Shown here: positions 49,183 to 60,311 of the stretch, in pieces
Numbering within the stretch: the first letter of the stretch is position 1
Layout of the letters: every line of letters begins with the position of its first letter
Assembly (NCBI GenBank): GCA_026984215.1
Contig: JALSSO010000129.1
Span: 23,362-87,361 of the forward strand
Direction of reading: 5' to 3'
Source: Gammaproteobacteria bacterium
GTDB taxonomy: Bacteria; Pseudomonadota; Gammaproteobacteria; JAJDOJ01
DNA length: 64,000 nt
Notes under the pieces: generated by a model
Told to the model about the DNA's origin: nothing
What the model saw: the letters and a program-made list of their open reading frames with translations, nothing else
Database searches by the model: none
Program-made: the position numbers and the translations under genes

Positions 49183-49371
49183 GGGCCGGGGGCACCGGCC
49201 TGGGCGATAGGGATCCGACGCCCTAGGGTAGCATTCGTGCCGGTAAGGGGGCGAGGCCGGAGGCGTTGTCGTACCGGTTCAGTCCGCGTGACGCGAAACA
49301 GAAACGCTCGAGATCTCCAACGCGTAATGGATCCAGCAAATATCATAATATTTACACATTAGAACAAAACC

Positions 49372-49387
49372 ACGATCTAAAGATCGT
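49372..49387. promoter_or_regulatory. Perfect 16-bp palindrome ACGATCTAAAGATCGT in the AT-rich pqiA/fadL intergenic region
   Basis: Lies in the ~270-bp AT-rich spacer between divergent pqiA and the FadL-family gene. A direct repeat CGTTGCGTTT occurs at 49385-49394 and 49424-49433, and TTGACA at 49433-49438. Confidence 0.3.
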
Positions 49388-49464
49388 TGCGTTTCCGATA
49401 CGTTTTGTGAAATATTCCCCCCGCGTTGCGTTTTTGACAATTCCACAATGGGAGGGCAGTGAGG

Positions 49465-50850
49465 ATGCGTATATTTTCCCGTGGATCCGCGCTCGGTGCC
49501 GCAGTGGCTCTGGCCTGCGCGATGCCGTCGGTCTCCAATGCGACGACCGGCTATTTCTCCCTCGCCTGGGGTGCCAAGGCCATGGGTATGGCCGGAGCTG
49601 TGGTCTCCGCGCCACAGGACGCGCTCACCGCGGCGGTCAATCCGGCGGCGACGAGTTTCGTGGGCACGCGCGCGGACATGGACGTGCGGGGGTTCATCCC
49701 CATCCGCAAGGCGACCCTGGAGTTCCCGGATCCGCCTTTCGGCCCCGGAAAACAGAGCGACAGCAGCTCCAACCGGATCTTCCCGGTGCCGGCGGGCGGC
49801 TTCAGCTATCAGGTCAATGACAGCTGGGCGGTGGGCTTCGCCTTCTACGGCAACGGCGGCATGAACAGCACGTACAAGAACAACTTGTTCGATCCCGGCG
49901 GAGTCGGCGGGGCGTCGCGTCCCCTCAGTGTGGATCTCTCGCAGCTCATCTTCGCCCCCAGTGTGAGTTTCAAGTTCGCGGACCGGCACGCCATCGGCAT
50001 CGCGCCACTCATCGCCATGCAGAAGTTCAAGGCCGAGGGCCTGGAAAACTTCCAGTGCTTCACCTCCACCGCGCTGGGCAATCCGGCCAGCGCCGGCTCC
50101 TGTATGACCACGGGCGCGCCCACCACCCCATCGAGCACGCTCACGGGGAACGGGGATGAGATCGTGTGGGGCGTCGGCGTCCGTGGCGGCTATGTCGGCC
50201 AGATCACCGACAACTTCTCCCTGGGCATCGCCGGTTCCAGCCCCATTTACATGGGCAAGTTCGAGAAATACTCGGACCTGTTCGCCGAGGACGGCGACTT
50301 CGACATCCCCGCCACCCTCAGCGCCGGGATCTCGTGGAATTCCGGAAACGGGCTCACGGTGGCCTTCGACTGGCAGCGGATCTTCTACAGCGGCGTCAAG
50401 TCGATATCCAACCCGGGGCCGGTGTTCAACAACAGCATGACCAACCCCGCCCCCACCTTCCCGCCCGGAACCGATTTCAGCACCCTGCCTCCGAGCACCG
50501 CGCTGGGCCAGAAGGACGGACTGGGTTTCGGCTGGGAGGACATCAATGTCTTCCGCCTGGGTGTGGCCTATGAGATCAATCCGCAATGGACGGCCCGTTT
50601 CGGGGTGGCTTACAACGATCAGCCCATCCCCAAGGATCAGGTCCTGTTCAACGTCTTGGCACCGGCCACGGTGCAGTGGCACATCACGGCTGGCGCGACC
50701 TGGAAACCGCGGGACTTTGCCGAGCTCTCACTGGCGCTGATGTACGCGCCCACGGGCTCGGTGAAGACGAACCAGACGGCGTTCGGCGTGCCGGGCAAGA
50801 TCGAGATGTATCAGGTCTCGGCCGACCTGCAACTCTCGGTCCTGTTCTGA
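49465..50850 (+). CDS. Outer-membrane long-chain fatty acid / hydrophobic compound transporter, FadL/TodX (OmpP1) family
   Basis: Signal peptide (RIFSRGSALGAAVALACAMPSVSNA), FadL-family N-terminus (TTGYFSLAWGAKAMGMAGAVVSAPQDALTAAVNPAA), C-terminal aromatic residue (..SVLF). GGGAGGG Shine-Dalgarno. GTG at 49459 is an alternative start. Confidence 0.85.
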   Translation: MRIFSRGSALGAAVALACAMPSVSNATTGYFSLAWGAKAMGMAGAVVSAPQDALTAAVNPAATSFVGTRADMDVRGFIPIRKATLEFPDPPFGPGKQSDSSSNRIFPVPAGGFSYQVNDSWAVGFAFYGNGGMNSTYKNNLFDPGGVGGASRPLSVDLSQLIFAPSVSFKFADRHAIGIAPLIAMQKFKAEGLENFQCFTSTALGNPASAGSCMTTGAPTTPSSTLTGNGDEIVWGVGVRGGYVGQITDNFSLGIAGSSPIYMGKFEKYSDLFAEDGDFDIPATLSAGISWNSGNGLTVAFDWQRIFYSGVKSISNPGPVFNNSMTNPAPTFPPGTDFSTLPPSTALGQKDGLGFGWEDINVFRLGVAYEINPQWTARFGVAYNDQPIPKDQVLFNVLAPATVQWHITAGATWKPRDFAELSLALMYAPTGSVKTNQTAFGVPGKIEMYQVSADLQLSVLF

Positions 50851-50935
50851 ACGGGGCAGCGCGGCGCCCGTCGTTCCGAATAACAACCAGCCGCCCGCCG
50901 CCCGGTACCGGGCGGGCCGTGGCGGCCCTCTCTGA

Positions 50936-50964
50936 AAGGCCATCGTCGTATGGCCTTTTGTTTT
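50936..50964 (+). terminator. Rho-independent terminator after the FadL-family gene
   Basis: AAGGCCAT-CGTCGT-ATGGCCTT followed by TTTTGTTTT. Preceded by the GC palindrome CCCGGTACCGGG. Confidence 0.55.
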
Positions 50965-51088
50965 GCCTCAGGACCTGGGGAAGCGCACGCCGCCATCGCA
51001 CAGACCTCGGATTCGGCGCCAAGGCGGTCGTTCGTCGCGGACTCGGCGTTTCGCACATCCGCCGGTGACGCGAGTCCATTGCGCGGGT

Positions 51089-51868
51089 TCATGTCCGAAC
51101 CCACGCCAGGAACTGCACCAGCAGGATTCCGGCGACGAGCCACAAGACACCTCGCAACAGGCGGCGGTAGGTCTGTGTCGGGATGCGGTCGTGCAGCGCC
51201 ATTCCCAACGCCAGGCCCGTCAGGCCGGCCACCACCAGCGGAAGGGACACGCGTGCGGCCGCGGCGCCGAACACGTCCGCCCCCATGAATGTCCCGATCT
51301 GGGCCAGCTTCCCCGCCAGAAAACACAGGTTGAACACCTGAACCATCACCCGCGGGGGTTCGTCGAGTTCCAGGAAGAGAATGATCAGCAGGGGGACCAT
51401 CACGTTGACCGTGCCCACGCTGAGGCCGGCGGCCAGGCCGAAACCGGCCAGCGCGAGTCGCCGTCGTCGACGTACCCACCGCGGGGCGTGACCGCGAAGC
51501 CGGTCCAGATTGAGATACAGGAGGATGATCGCCGCCAGCCACAGTCGATAGGGCTCCGGATCGGTGTATACCAGCAGCGAGGTACCCAGCACGCTGCCCG
51601 CGCCGGTATACGCCGCCAGGGGCCAGTACCGCCCCAGGCTGCGCCGCCATCGGCCTCCGCGCAGGATGCTCGCGATGTTGACGGCCACCGTGGGCAGCAG
51701 GGTGAGGAGGATCGCGGTGCGCAAGTCGAGGAACAGGGCCAGCAGCGGGGTAGCGGTCATGGGAAAGCCCAGCCCCAGCGTCCCATGCACCGTGCCGGCG
51801 AAGGCCAGGACGGCCGCGGCGGCCCACAGGTCCGGCTCCGGAATGCCCAGTGCTCCGGTGCCGCTCAC
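51089..51868 (-). CDS. Sulfite exporter TauE/SafE family membrane protein
   Basis: About 8 TM helices with duplicated halves and the characteristic G-rich/P-containing helices (MVPLLIILFLELDEPPRVMV). Confidence 0.85.
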   Translation of the reverse strand: MSGTGALGIPEPDLWAAAAVLAFAGTVHGTLGLGFPMTATPLLALFLDLRTAILLTLLPTVAVNIASILRGGRWRRSLGRYWPLAAYTGAGSVLGTSLLVYTDPEPYRLWLAAIILLYLNLDRLRGHAPRWVRRRRRLALAGFGLAAGLSVGTVNVMVPLLIILFLELDEPPRVMVQVFNLCFLAGKLAQIGTFMGADVFGAAAARVSLPLVVAGLTGLALGMALHDRIPTQTYRRLLRGVLWLVAGILLVQFLAWVRT

Positions 51869-51874
51869 GAGCGT

Positions 51875-52660
51875 TCAGGCGTCCGGGGGCGCAGCGTTCC
51901 AGGCTTCGAGAAAACGCTGGAGGTGGGGCCTGCCGGAGGCGGCCAGGGTCGACCGGAGCCGCTCGCATTCTTCCTGGTAGGCCGCCCCGTCCAGACGGCC
52001 GCGCATCCGTTCGAAACGCAGATAGACGAGGTAGGTATTCAGCACATCGGTCTCGCAGTAATCTCGGATGTCCCCGATGCGACCCTCGAGCCAGGCGTCC
52101 CAGACCTGATCGCCGGACATGCCCTGCTTGCCGGGAAAGCCGCACAGGCTGGCCACCTCGTCCAGGGGGGCGCCGGCGCGGGGCTGGAAACCCGCCAGCA
52201 CGTCCATCAAGTCGATGTGGCGCCAGTGATAACGCGACAGGTAGTTGTTGAAGCGAAAGCTCTGGTCCTCCTCCCCGATCTCCCAGTAGCGGCCTGCCTC
52301 GATCCCGTGAAGCAGCGAACGGTAATGAAGCACGGGCAGGTCGAAACCGCCCCCGTTCCAGGAGACCAGCACCGGCTGATAGTGCTCGACGCCTCTGAAG
52401 AATTGTCGCAGGAGTTCCGCCTCGGTCGAGTCCGGTGCGCCCATCGAGAGCACCTTCAATTCATGGCGGGTCGCGAGCACCACCGAGATGGCCACGATAC
52501 GGTGCAGATGATGGGGCATGAACTCGCTGCCCGTCTTCTGCTGGCGCAGGTGGGCCATGGCCCGTCCCACGTCCCTGTCCGCCAGTCCCTCGAGCCCATA
52601 GAGGCGCCGGCCGGCCTCCAGGTCGGGGATGGTCTCGATGTCGAAGACCAGGACGTTCAC
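51875..52660 (-). CDS. Predicted 3'-5' exonuclease (PolB exonuclease-domain-like, RNase H-like fold)
   Basis: Exo I motif VFDIETIP, Exo II-like WNGGGFDLPVL, Exo III-like YCETDVLNTYLVYL. Overlaps the cysM stop and is co-directional with tauE. Confidence 0.75.
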   Translation of the reverse strand: MNVLVFDIETIPDLEAGRRLYGLEGLADRDVGRAMAHLRQQKTGSEFMPHHLHRIVAISVVLATRHELKVLSMGAPDSTEAELLRQFFRGVEHYQPVLVSWNGGGFDLPVLHYRSLLHGIEAGRYWEIGEEDQSFRFNNYLSRYHWRHIDLMDVLAGFQPRAGAPLDEVASLCGFPGKQGMSGDQVWDAWLEGRIGDIRDYCETDVLNTYLVYLRFERMRGRLDGAAYQEECERLRSTLAASGRPHLQRFLEAWNAAPPDA

Positions 52661-53547
52661 GCCGGGAACACCCCCGTGGAGATGTAGCGGTCGCCCCGGT
52701 CCGGAATGATCACCACGACCACACCCTCGGTCAGCCCTTCGGCCAGGCGCAGGGCGGCGGCCACGGCGCCGCCGGCCGAGACGCCGCAGAAGATCCCTTC
52801 CTCCCGGGCCAGGCGACGCATGGTCTCCTCCGCAGCGTTCTGGTCTACTTCCAACACCTCGTCCACCCGCTCGGGTTCATAGATCTTCGGCAGATACTGC
52901 GGCGGCCAGCGCCGGATTCCCGGGATTTTCGCGCCCTCGGCCGGGTGGACCCCCACGATCCGCACCCGTGGGTTGCGCTCCTTGAGATAGCGGGACGTGC
53001 CCATGATGGTTCCCGTGGTTCCCATGCTGGAGACGAAATGCGTGATCCGCCCTTGGGTGTCCCGCCAGATCTCGGGTCCCGTGGTTTCATAGTGCGCGCG
53101 GGGGTTGTCGGGGTTGGAGAACTGATCGAGAACCCGTCCCCTGCCCTCGGCCTGCATGCGCAGCGCCAGATCGCGCGCGCCTTCCATGCCCTCCTGCCCC
53201 GAGACCAGCACGATCTGCGCGCCGTAGGCTCGCATGGTGGCGCGGCGCTCGGCGCTCATGGTCTCGGGCATGACGAGCACCATGCGGTAGCCGGCGATGG
53301 CGGCGGCCATGGCCAGGGCGATGCCGGTGTTGCCCGAGGTGGCCTCGATGAGCGTGTCGCCGGGCCGGATCTCGCCCCGTTGCTCGGCGCCGCGGATCAT
53401 GTACAGGGCGGGCCTGTCCTTCACCGATCCGGCGGGGTTCTGCCCCTCCAGCTTGGCCAGGAGCGTGACCCTCGGCTGCGGGGCCAGACGGCGCAACGGC
53501 ACCAAAGGGGTGTTGCCGACGAGTTCCTCGATGGGGTGGACATTCAT
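52657..53547 (-). CDS. cysM: Cysteine synthase B
   Basis: Very close to E. coli CysM throughout (GNTPLV, PLP-Lys SVKDR, TSGNTGIALAM, SSMGTTGT, GIRRWP). About 296 aa (CysM-sized, not CysK). Trimmed from a 431-aa ORF. Confidence 0.9.
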   Translation of the reverse strand: MNVHPIEELVGNTPLVPLRRLAPQPRVTLLAKLEGQNPAGSVKDRPALYMIRGAEQRGEIRPGDTLIEATSGNTGIALAMAAAIAGYRMVLVMPETMSAERRATMRAYGAQIVLVSGQEGMEGARDLALRMQAEGRGRVLDQFSNPDNPRAHYETTGPEIWRDTQGRITHFVSSMGTTGTIMGTSRYLKERNPRVRIVGVHPAEGAKIPGIRRWPPQYLPKIYEPERVDEVLEVDQNAAEETMRRLAREEGIFCGVSAGGAVAAALRLAEGLTEGVVVVIIPDRGDRYISTGVFPA

Positions 53548-53708
53548 GCCTAAAAGTCGGTGATCGCGACCCGGGGTTGCGCATTGTAGCCCGGTTCCAG
53601 ATGCGGAGCAGCGCTCGATCCGGCGGGTTGCCGGGTATCCCGTGGATGGCCCGTTCCGTCCGGCCGACGCGTTGTCCCGGTGAGCCGCGCGTGACAACAT
53701 CGACGTCC

Positions 53709-56015
53709 ATGCAGGACTGGCCTCTCTCCTTGCGCCTGATCGCCGTCGGCACCCTGCCGGTCGGGTTGCTCGGGGGCGTTTTGTTGGTGTTGTACGCCAA
53801 CGGTGCGATGTCCGCCTTGGCCGTGGTGGTAGCCACACTGTCGGCGGTGGCATTGGGGCTTGGGCTCGGATTGTGGACGGCGGGAGGAATCCGTACCCCC
53901 TTGCGGGAACTGGCCGATGCGTTCTCCACCTGGGAAGCCGGGGAGCGTACAACCGATCTGCGCACGGAGGTCGGGGGCGAGCTGGGTGAGCTTCAGCGGC
54001 GTTTCCGGCACGCGGCTCGGCGGATCCGAGCCCAGTTGGAGCGTGCCGAGCGCGCCGAACGCACCGCCTCCGAGCGATTGCGCCAGCGCTTGGAGGAAGT
54101 GGATCGCAGGGACCAGTCGCTGGAGCTCCAGCGCAGTCGGCTGGAGGCGGCCGGGCTCGCTCGATCGCGCTGGCTGGCGGACATGAGCCACGAGTTGCGC
54201 ACTCCGCTGAACGCCATCTCTGGTTTTTCGGATCTGCTGGCCGGCTACGACGTGGACGCGGCCCATCGCAGCTACGTGGAAAACATCCGTCGCGCGGCCT
54301 CGGAACTGCTCCTGATGATCGGCGAGATCCTGGACTACGCCAAGATCGAGGCCGGGGAGGTGGAGGTCCAGCGACGTCCTTTCGACTTTTACGAGGAAAT
54401 GGAGGGGGTGGTGACCCTGATGGGCCGGCTCGCGCACGCCCGCGGGTTGGACTTCCTCACCTTTCTGGACCCCCGAATCCCGGACCGCGTGGTGAGCGAT
54501 CCGCAGCGGATCCGGCAGGCGGTGATCAATCTGCTGAGCAATGCCGTCAAGTTCACCGAAAACGGGTACGTGGCCCTTGAGGTGCGCATGGAGGAAGATC
54601 CCAGGCCGGTGCTGGAGTTTCGTGTGATCGATACCGGGGTGGGCATCGAACCCGAGGCGGCCGAACGCCTGTTCCAGCCTTTCGCCCAAGGTGTGGGGGG
54701 GCTGCATGCCCAGGCTGCGGGTACCGGGCTCGGATTGTCCATCACCAAGGTTTTCGTCGAGCGGCTCGGAGGCGAGATCGGCTGCGCAGGCCAGCCGGGC
54801 GAAGGCAGCACGTTCTGGATTCGGGTTCCGGTGTCCCTGGATGAGGGAGCCCAACCGTATCACCGACGTGAGCCGCTCACCGCTCGGCGGTTCCTGGTGT
54901 TCGACCGCAATCCCACCCGGGCGGCTTACACTCGTGCACTCCTGGAGGGGTGGGGTCTGGGTGTGGACCACGCCGCGGGGCTCGAAGCGTTCCGTTCGCG
55001 CTACCTGCAGGGTGAATACGATGCCATTTTGTATTTCCTGAACCGCAGCGACGTGGACACCGATCTGCAGGTGTCCATCGGAGACCTCTCCCGCGCGGCG
55101 GTGCCCAAGTACTTCTTCCATGCCGCCGAGCACCATGGAGCCATCGAGGCCCGCAGCGGTTTCCATCACCTGAGCGCCCTGATCTCCCCGCGCCGCCTTC
55201 ACCGCCTGCTGGGCGAGGCGCGCCGCCCGCCTCAGGGAGAGGGAAGTCCCGCCACTGGGGCGGCAGAGCGCGCCGTCACGGGCCTGAACGGCCTGCGTGT
55301 GCTGATCGCCGATGACAACGAGATCAACCGGCACCTGCTGGGGGTCTATGTCTCGCGCAACGACGGCGAGGCGCTGTTCGCTCCCGACGGCCTTGCGGCG
55401 CTCGACCAAGCCGATGCCCACCGCCCCGACTTGGCCTTGCTGGATCTCGACATGCCGCGGTTGTCGGGCAGTGAGGCCGCCGGGGAGTTGCGTCGACGAT
55501 TCCCCGAAATGCGGCTGGTGGCGGTGACCGCCGAGACGCGCGCCGAGCGTCTGGCCGGGTTGCGCGAGCAGGGGTTCGATGCCGTATTGATCAAGCCCGT
55601 GACCGAGCGGCGGCTCCTGGACACCGTGGCAGCGCTGTGCCCACCGGGCTCCGGCGAACCCGCGCGCGGCGGCGACTCGGCTCCCGTGGTGGACGTCGAC
55701 AAGGCCGTGCGCCTGACCGGGGGGAAGCGCGAGCTGGCCGAGGAGCTCTTCGGCATGCTGCTGGCCGACCTGCGGGCCAAGCGGGAACAACTCGTGTTCC
55801 GTAACGACGAGGACCGGGAACGCCTGCGCGGTCTGGCCCACCGCATCCAGGGGGGGGCCCGCTATTGCGCGGCCGTGCGCGTCCAGCGGGCCGCGCAGCG
55901 CCTCGAGTACGTCGCCGAAGCGGGCGGCGGGGAGGGCGAGATCGAGGCAGCCCTGCAGCGCCTGCGGGACCGCATCGACGAGCTGTTGCAGGCGGAGAAT
56001 CCATATCGTGCCTGA
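53709..56015 (+). CDS. Unorthodox hybrid sensor histidine kinase (TM-HAMP-HisKA-HATPase-pseudoREC-REC-HPt), BarA/GacS-like
   Basis: Two TM helices, H-box DMSHELRTPLNAI, N/G boxes (LSNAVKFTE..., DTGVGIEPEAAERLFQPF, GTGLGLSI), a receiver with the acidic pocket (VLIADDNEINRH...LALLDLDMP...VLIKP), a preceding degenerate receiver-like segment, and a C-terminal HPt (LAHRIQGGARYCAA). An alternative start lies at 53646. Confidence 0.85.
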   Translation: MQDWPLSLRLIAVGTLPVGLLGGVLLVLYANGAMSALAVVVATLSAVALGLGLGLWTAGGIRTPLRELADAFSTWEAGERTTDLRTEVGGELGELQRRFRHAARRIRAQLERAERAERTASERLRQRLEEVDRRDQSLELQRSRLEAAGLARSRWLADMSHELRTPLNAISGFSDLLAGYDVDAAHRSYVENIRRAASELLLMIGEILDYAKIEAGEVEVQRRPFDFYEEMEGVVTLMGRLAHARGLDFLTFLDPRIPDRVVSDPQRIRQAVINLLSNAVKFTENGYVALEVRMEEDPRPVLEFRVIDTGVGIEPEAAERLFQPFAQGVGGLHAQAAGTGLGLSITKVFVERLGGEIGCAGQPGEGSTFWIRVPVSLDEGAQPYHRREPLTARRFLVFDRNPTRAAYTRALLEGWGLGVDHAAGLEAFRSRYLQGEYDAILYFLNRSDVDTDLQVSIGDLSRAAVPKYFFHAAEHHGAIEARSGFHHLSALISPRRLHRLLGEARRPPQGEGSPATGAAERAVTGLNGLRVLIADDNEINRHLLGVYVSRNDGEALFAPDGLAALDQADAHRPDLALLDLDMPRLSGSEAAGELRRRFPEMRLVAVTAETRAERLAGLREQGFDAVLIKPVTERRLLDTVAALCPPGSGEPARGGDSAPVVDVDKAVRLTGGKRELAEELFGMLLADLRAKREQLVFRNDEDRERLRGLAHRIQGGARYCAAVRVQRAAQRLEYVAEAGGGEGEIEAALQRLRDRIDELLQAENPYRA

Positions 56016-56103
56016 ATCCTTTCCACGGGCCGCGCATTGGAATCGGCGCCGACCGCCTCCATAGTGTATGCACGGGGTTTCAAAACATCGGAGGCAGTGC
56101 GTC

Positions 56104-56439
56104 ATGGCCGAGAAGCTCGAGAACACGCAGTGGCAGACCTTTTTCGACCGGGTCTCCAAGGGACTCGGCGCCAGGCAGGTGGAGATCGAGGTGGCTGGAT
56201 TGGACCTCGGCGACGAGGTCGAGGCCGAGTGGGTGCCGCTCACGGGAATCACCTACGACCCCAAGGACGATGTGCTGACCATCATCACCGACCGGCTCGA
56301 TCACATGATCCGCAGTCCGCGCGAGATCTATGTGGAGACCTCGGTGGACGGGTTACACAGCCTGGAAGTGATCGACGCCGAGGGCCATCGTCAGATCGCC
56401 GTCCTGCGGCCGGATTTGGCCCTGCCGCCGCCGGGTTGA
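56104..56439 (+). CDS. Small conserved hypothetical protein (DUF5335-like)
   Basis: GGAGG Shine-Dalgarno before ATG. 111 aa starting MAEKLENTQWQTFFDRVSKGL...VEIEVAGLDLGDEVEAEW. Family assignment is from memory of the DUF5335 pattern. Confidence 0.5.
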   Translation: MAEKLENTQWQTFFDRVSKGLGARQVEIEVAGLDLGDEVEAEWVPLTGITYDPKDDVLTIITDRLDHMIRSPREIYVETSVDGLHSLEVIDAEGHRQIAVLRPDLALPPPG

Positions 56440-56485
56440 GCCGGCCCGCAGGGTTGCCGGGAGAGCCTTGCAATCCGGGCCGCTC

Positions 56486-58484
<1,999 letters not shown>

Positions 58485-58633
58485 CGGTCATGACTCCTTT
58501 GAGTTGGGGTTCGTTCACCACGCGGCGTCGGAGCAGGATGGCCCCCGCTCGGTGGAGACCGTCTCGCGCGCCCTGCGTTGGCGATCCGTCTTTCTCTCCA
58601 TGCTCCGGGTCTCCCATGCGCCGTGGGGAAAGA

Positions 58634-59827
58634 TCACCATCGCTCCACCACCGCGCGGATGCGCTCGGCGGCCTCCACGCAGTCTTCCAACGGGGCCACC
58701 AGGGCGATGCGCACATGGCGCTCGCCCGGATTGTGGCCATGAATCGTGCGCGATAGGTAGCGACCCGGCAGCACGGCGACGTTGGCCTCGGCCAGCAGCC
58801 GGCGGGTGAAGGTCTCGTCGTCCACCGGCGTGCGCGGCCACAGGTAGAATCCCCCGGCCGGATCGTTGAGCTCCAGCACGGGCGCCAGGATTTGGCGCAC
58901 CGCGCGGAACTTGTCCCGGTAACGGGCGCGGCTGGCCGTCACGTGGGCCTCGTCCATCCAGGCCGCGCGGCTGGCCGCCTGGGCCGGCGGCGGCATGGCG
59001 CAGCCGTGGTAGGTGCGGTAGCGCAGAAAGGCCGCCAGCACCCGGGCGTCACCGGCCACGAAGCCCGAGCGCAGCCCCGGGGCGTTGGAGCGCTTGGAGA
59101 GGCTGTGGAACGCCAGCGCCCGGGAAAAATCCGTGTTTCCAGCCCGCCAGGCCACGCCGAGGATGCCCGGCGGGGGATGGGCCTCGTCGGGGTAGATCTC
59201 GCTGTAGCACTCGTCCGAGGCGATGACGAAGTCGTGGCGCTCGGCCCGCTCGAGCAGGTCCTGGAGTTCGTCTTCGCCGAGCACCGCGCCGGTGGGATTG
59301 TGGGGTGTGCACAGGTACAGGAGCTGGCAGCGCGCCCAGACCGCCTCCGGCACGGTCTCGAAGCGGGGCTTGCCGGTGTTGTCGTCACAGGGGATGTACC
59401 AGGGCTCGGCTCCGGCCAACAGCGCCGCTCCCTCGTAGATCTGATAGAAGGGGTTGGGCAGGAGTACCACCGGGCGTGCCCCGCGGTCGATCACCGTTTG
59501 GGCGATGGCGAACAGGGCCTCGCGGGTGCCGTTGACCGGGAGCACGTGGCGGGTCGGGTCCAGCGCCCCGGCGGGAATCCCGAACCGCCGGGACAGCCAG
59601 GCGGCGATGGCTTCGCGCAGCGGTCCCCCGCCGCGGGTGAGCGGATAGCTCGACAGCGTGTGCAGATGTTCCAGCAGCGCCTCCCCGATGAACCCCGGCG
59701 TGGATTCGCGCGGCTCGCCGATGGACAGGGCGATGGGCTCCAGCCCTGGCGGCGGCGAGAGGCCCTCGCGCAGGCGGGCGAGACGTTCGAAGGGATAGGC
59801 GTGCAGGCGTTGCAGATCGGGATTCAT
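58634..59827 (-). CDS. dapC: Succinyldiaminopimelate transaminase
   Basis: Class I aminotransferase (PLP-Lys SLSKRSNAPGLRSG) adjacent to dapD/dapE. Trimmed to MNPDLQRLHAYPFERL. Confidence 0.85.
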   Translation of the reverse strand: MNPDLQRLHAYPFERLARLREGLSPPPGLEPIALSIGEPRESTPGFIGEALLEHLHTLSSYPLTRGGGPLREAIAAWLSRRFGIPAGALDPTRHVLPVNGTREALFAIAQTVIDRGARPVVLLPNPFYQIYEGAALLAGAEPWYIPCDDNTGKPRFETVPEAVWARCQLLYLCTPHNPTGAVLGEDELQDLLERAERHDFVIASDECYSEIYPDEAHPPPGILGVAWRAGNTDFSRALAFHSLSKRSNAPGLRSGFVAGDARVLAAFLRYRTYHGCAMPPPAQAASRAAWMDEAHVTASRARYRDKFRAVRQILAPVLELNDPAGGFYLWPRTPVDDETFTRRLLAEANVAVLPGRYLSRTIHGHNPGERHVRIALVAPLEDCVEAAERIRAVVERW

Positions 59828-59897
59828 CGCGTAGCGCAGGTTCCGTGCAGGGGCGGTAGTATAACGGGCTGGTCGGCAAGGCTCGGGAGGTGGTCTC

Positions 59898-60311
59898 ATG
59901 AGCATCCGGGTGCTGTGCATCCAGCACGTGAGCGTCGTGGTCTCGGACACGCGGCGGGCGCTCGCCTTCTACCGGGGCGTGCTGGGGATGGAGGTGGATC
60001 CACAGCGGCCCGATCTGGGTTATCCGGGCGCGTGGCTGAAGGCTGGCGACGGCCGTCAGGTCCATCTCCTGGAGCTGCCCAATCCGGATCCGGCCGAGGG
60101 CCGTCCCCCGCATGTCGGCCGTGACCGCCATATCGCCTTGGGGGTGGCGGACATCGAGGCCGCCGAAGCGGCCTTGCGGGAAGCCGGTGTGGCCTTCACC
60201 CGGAGTCGTTCCGGGCGCGCCGCCTTGTTCTGCCGCGATCCCGACGGTAACGGCATCGAGCTGCTGGAGATTCCGCATTGCCCCCACTCAACTCAGGAGG
60301 ATCCCTCATGA
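59898..60311 (+). CDS. VOC (glyoxalase/bleomycin-resistance/dioxygenase) family protein
   Basis: IQHVSVVVSDTRRALAFYRGVLGME...HIALGVADIEAAEAALREAGVAF...DPDGNGIELLE: a single VOC module. Confidence 0.75.
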   Translation: MSIRVLCIQHVSVVVSDTRRALAFYRGVLGMEVDPQRPDLGYPGAWLKAGDGRQVHLLELPNPDPAEGRPPHVGRDRHIALGVADIEAAEAALREAGVAFTRSRSGRAALFCRDPDGNGIELLEIPHCPHSTQEDPS

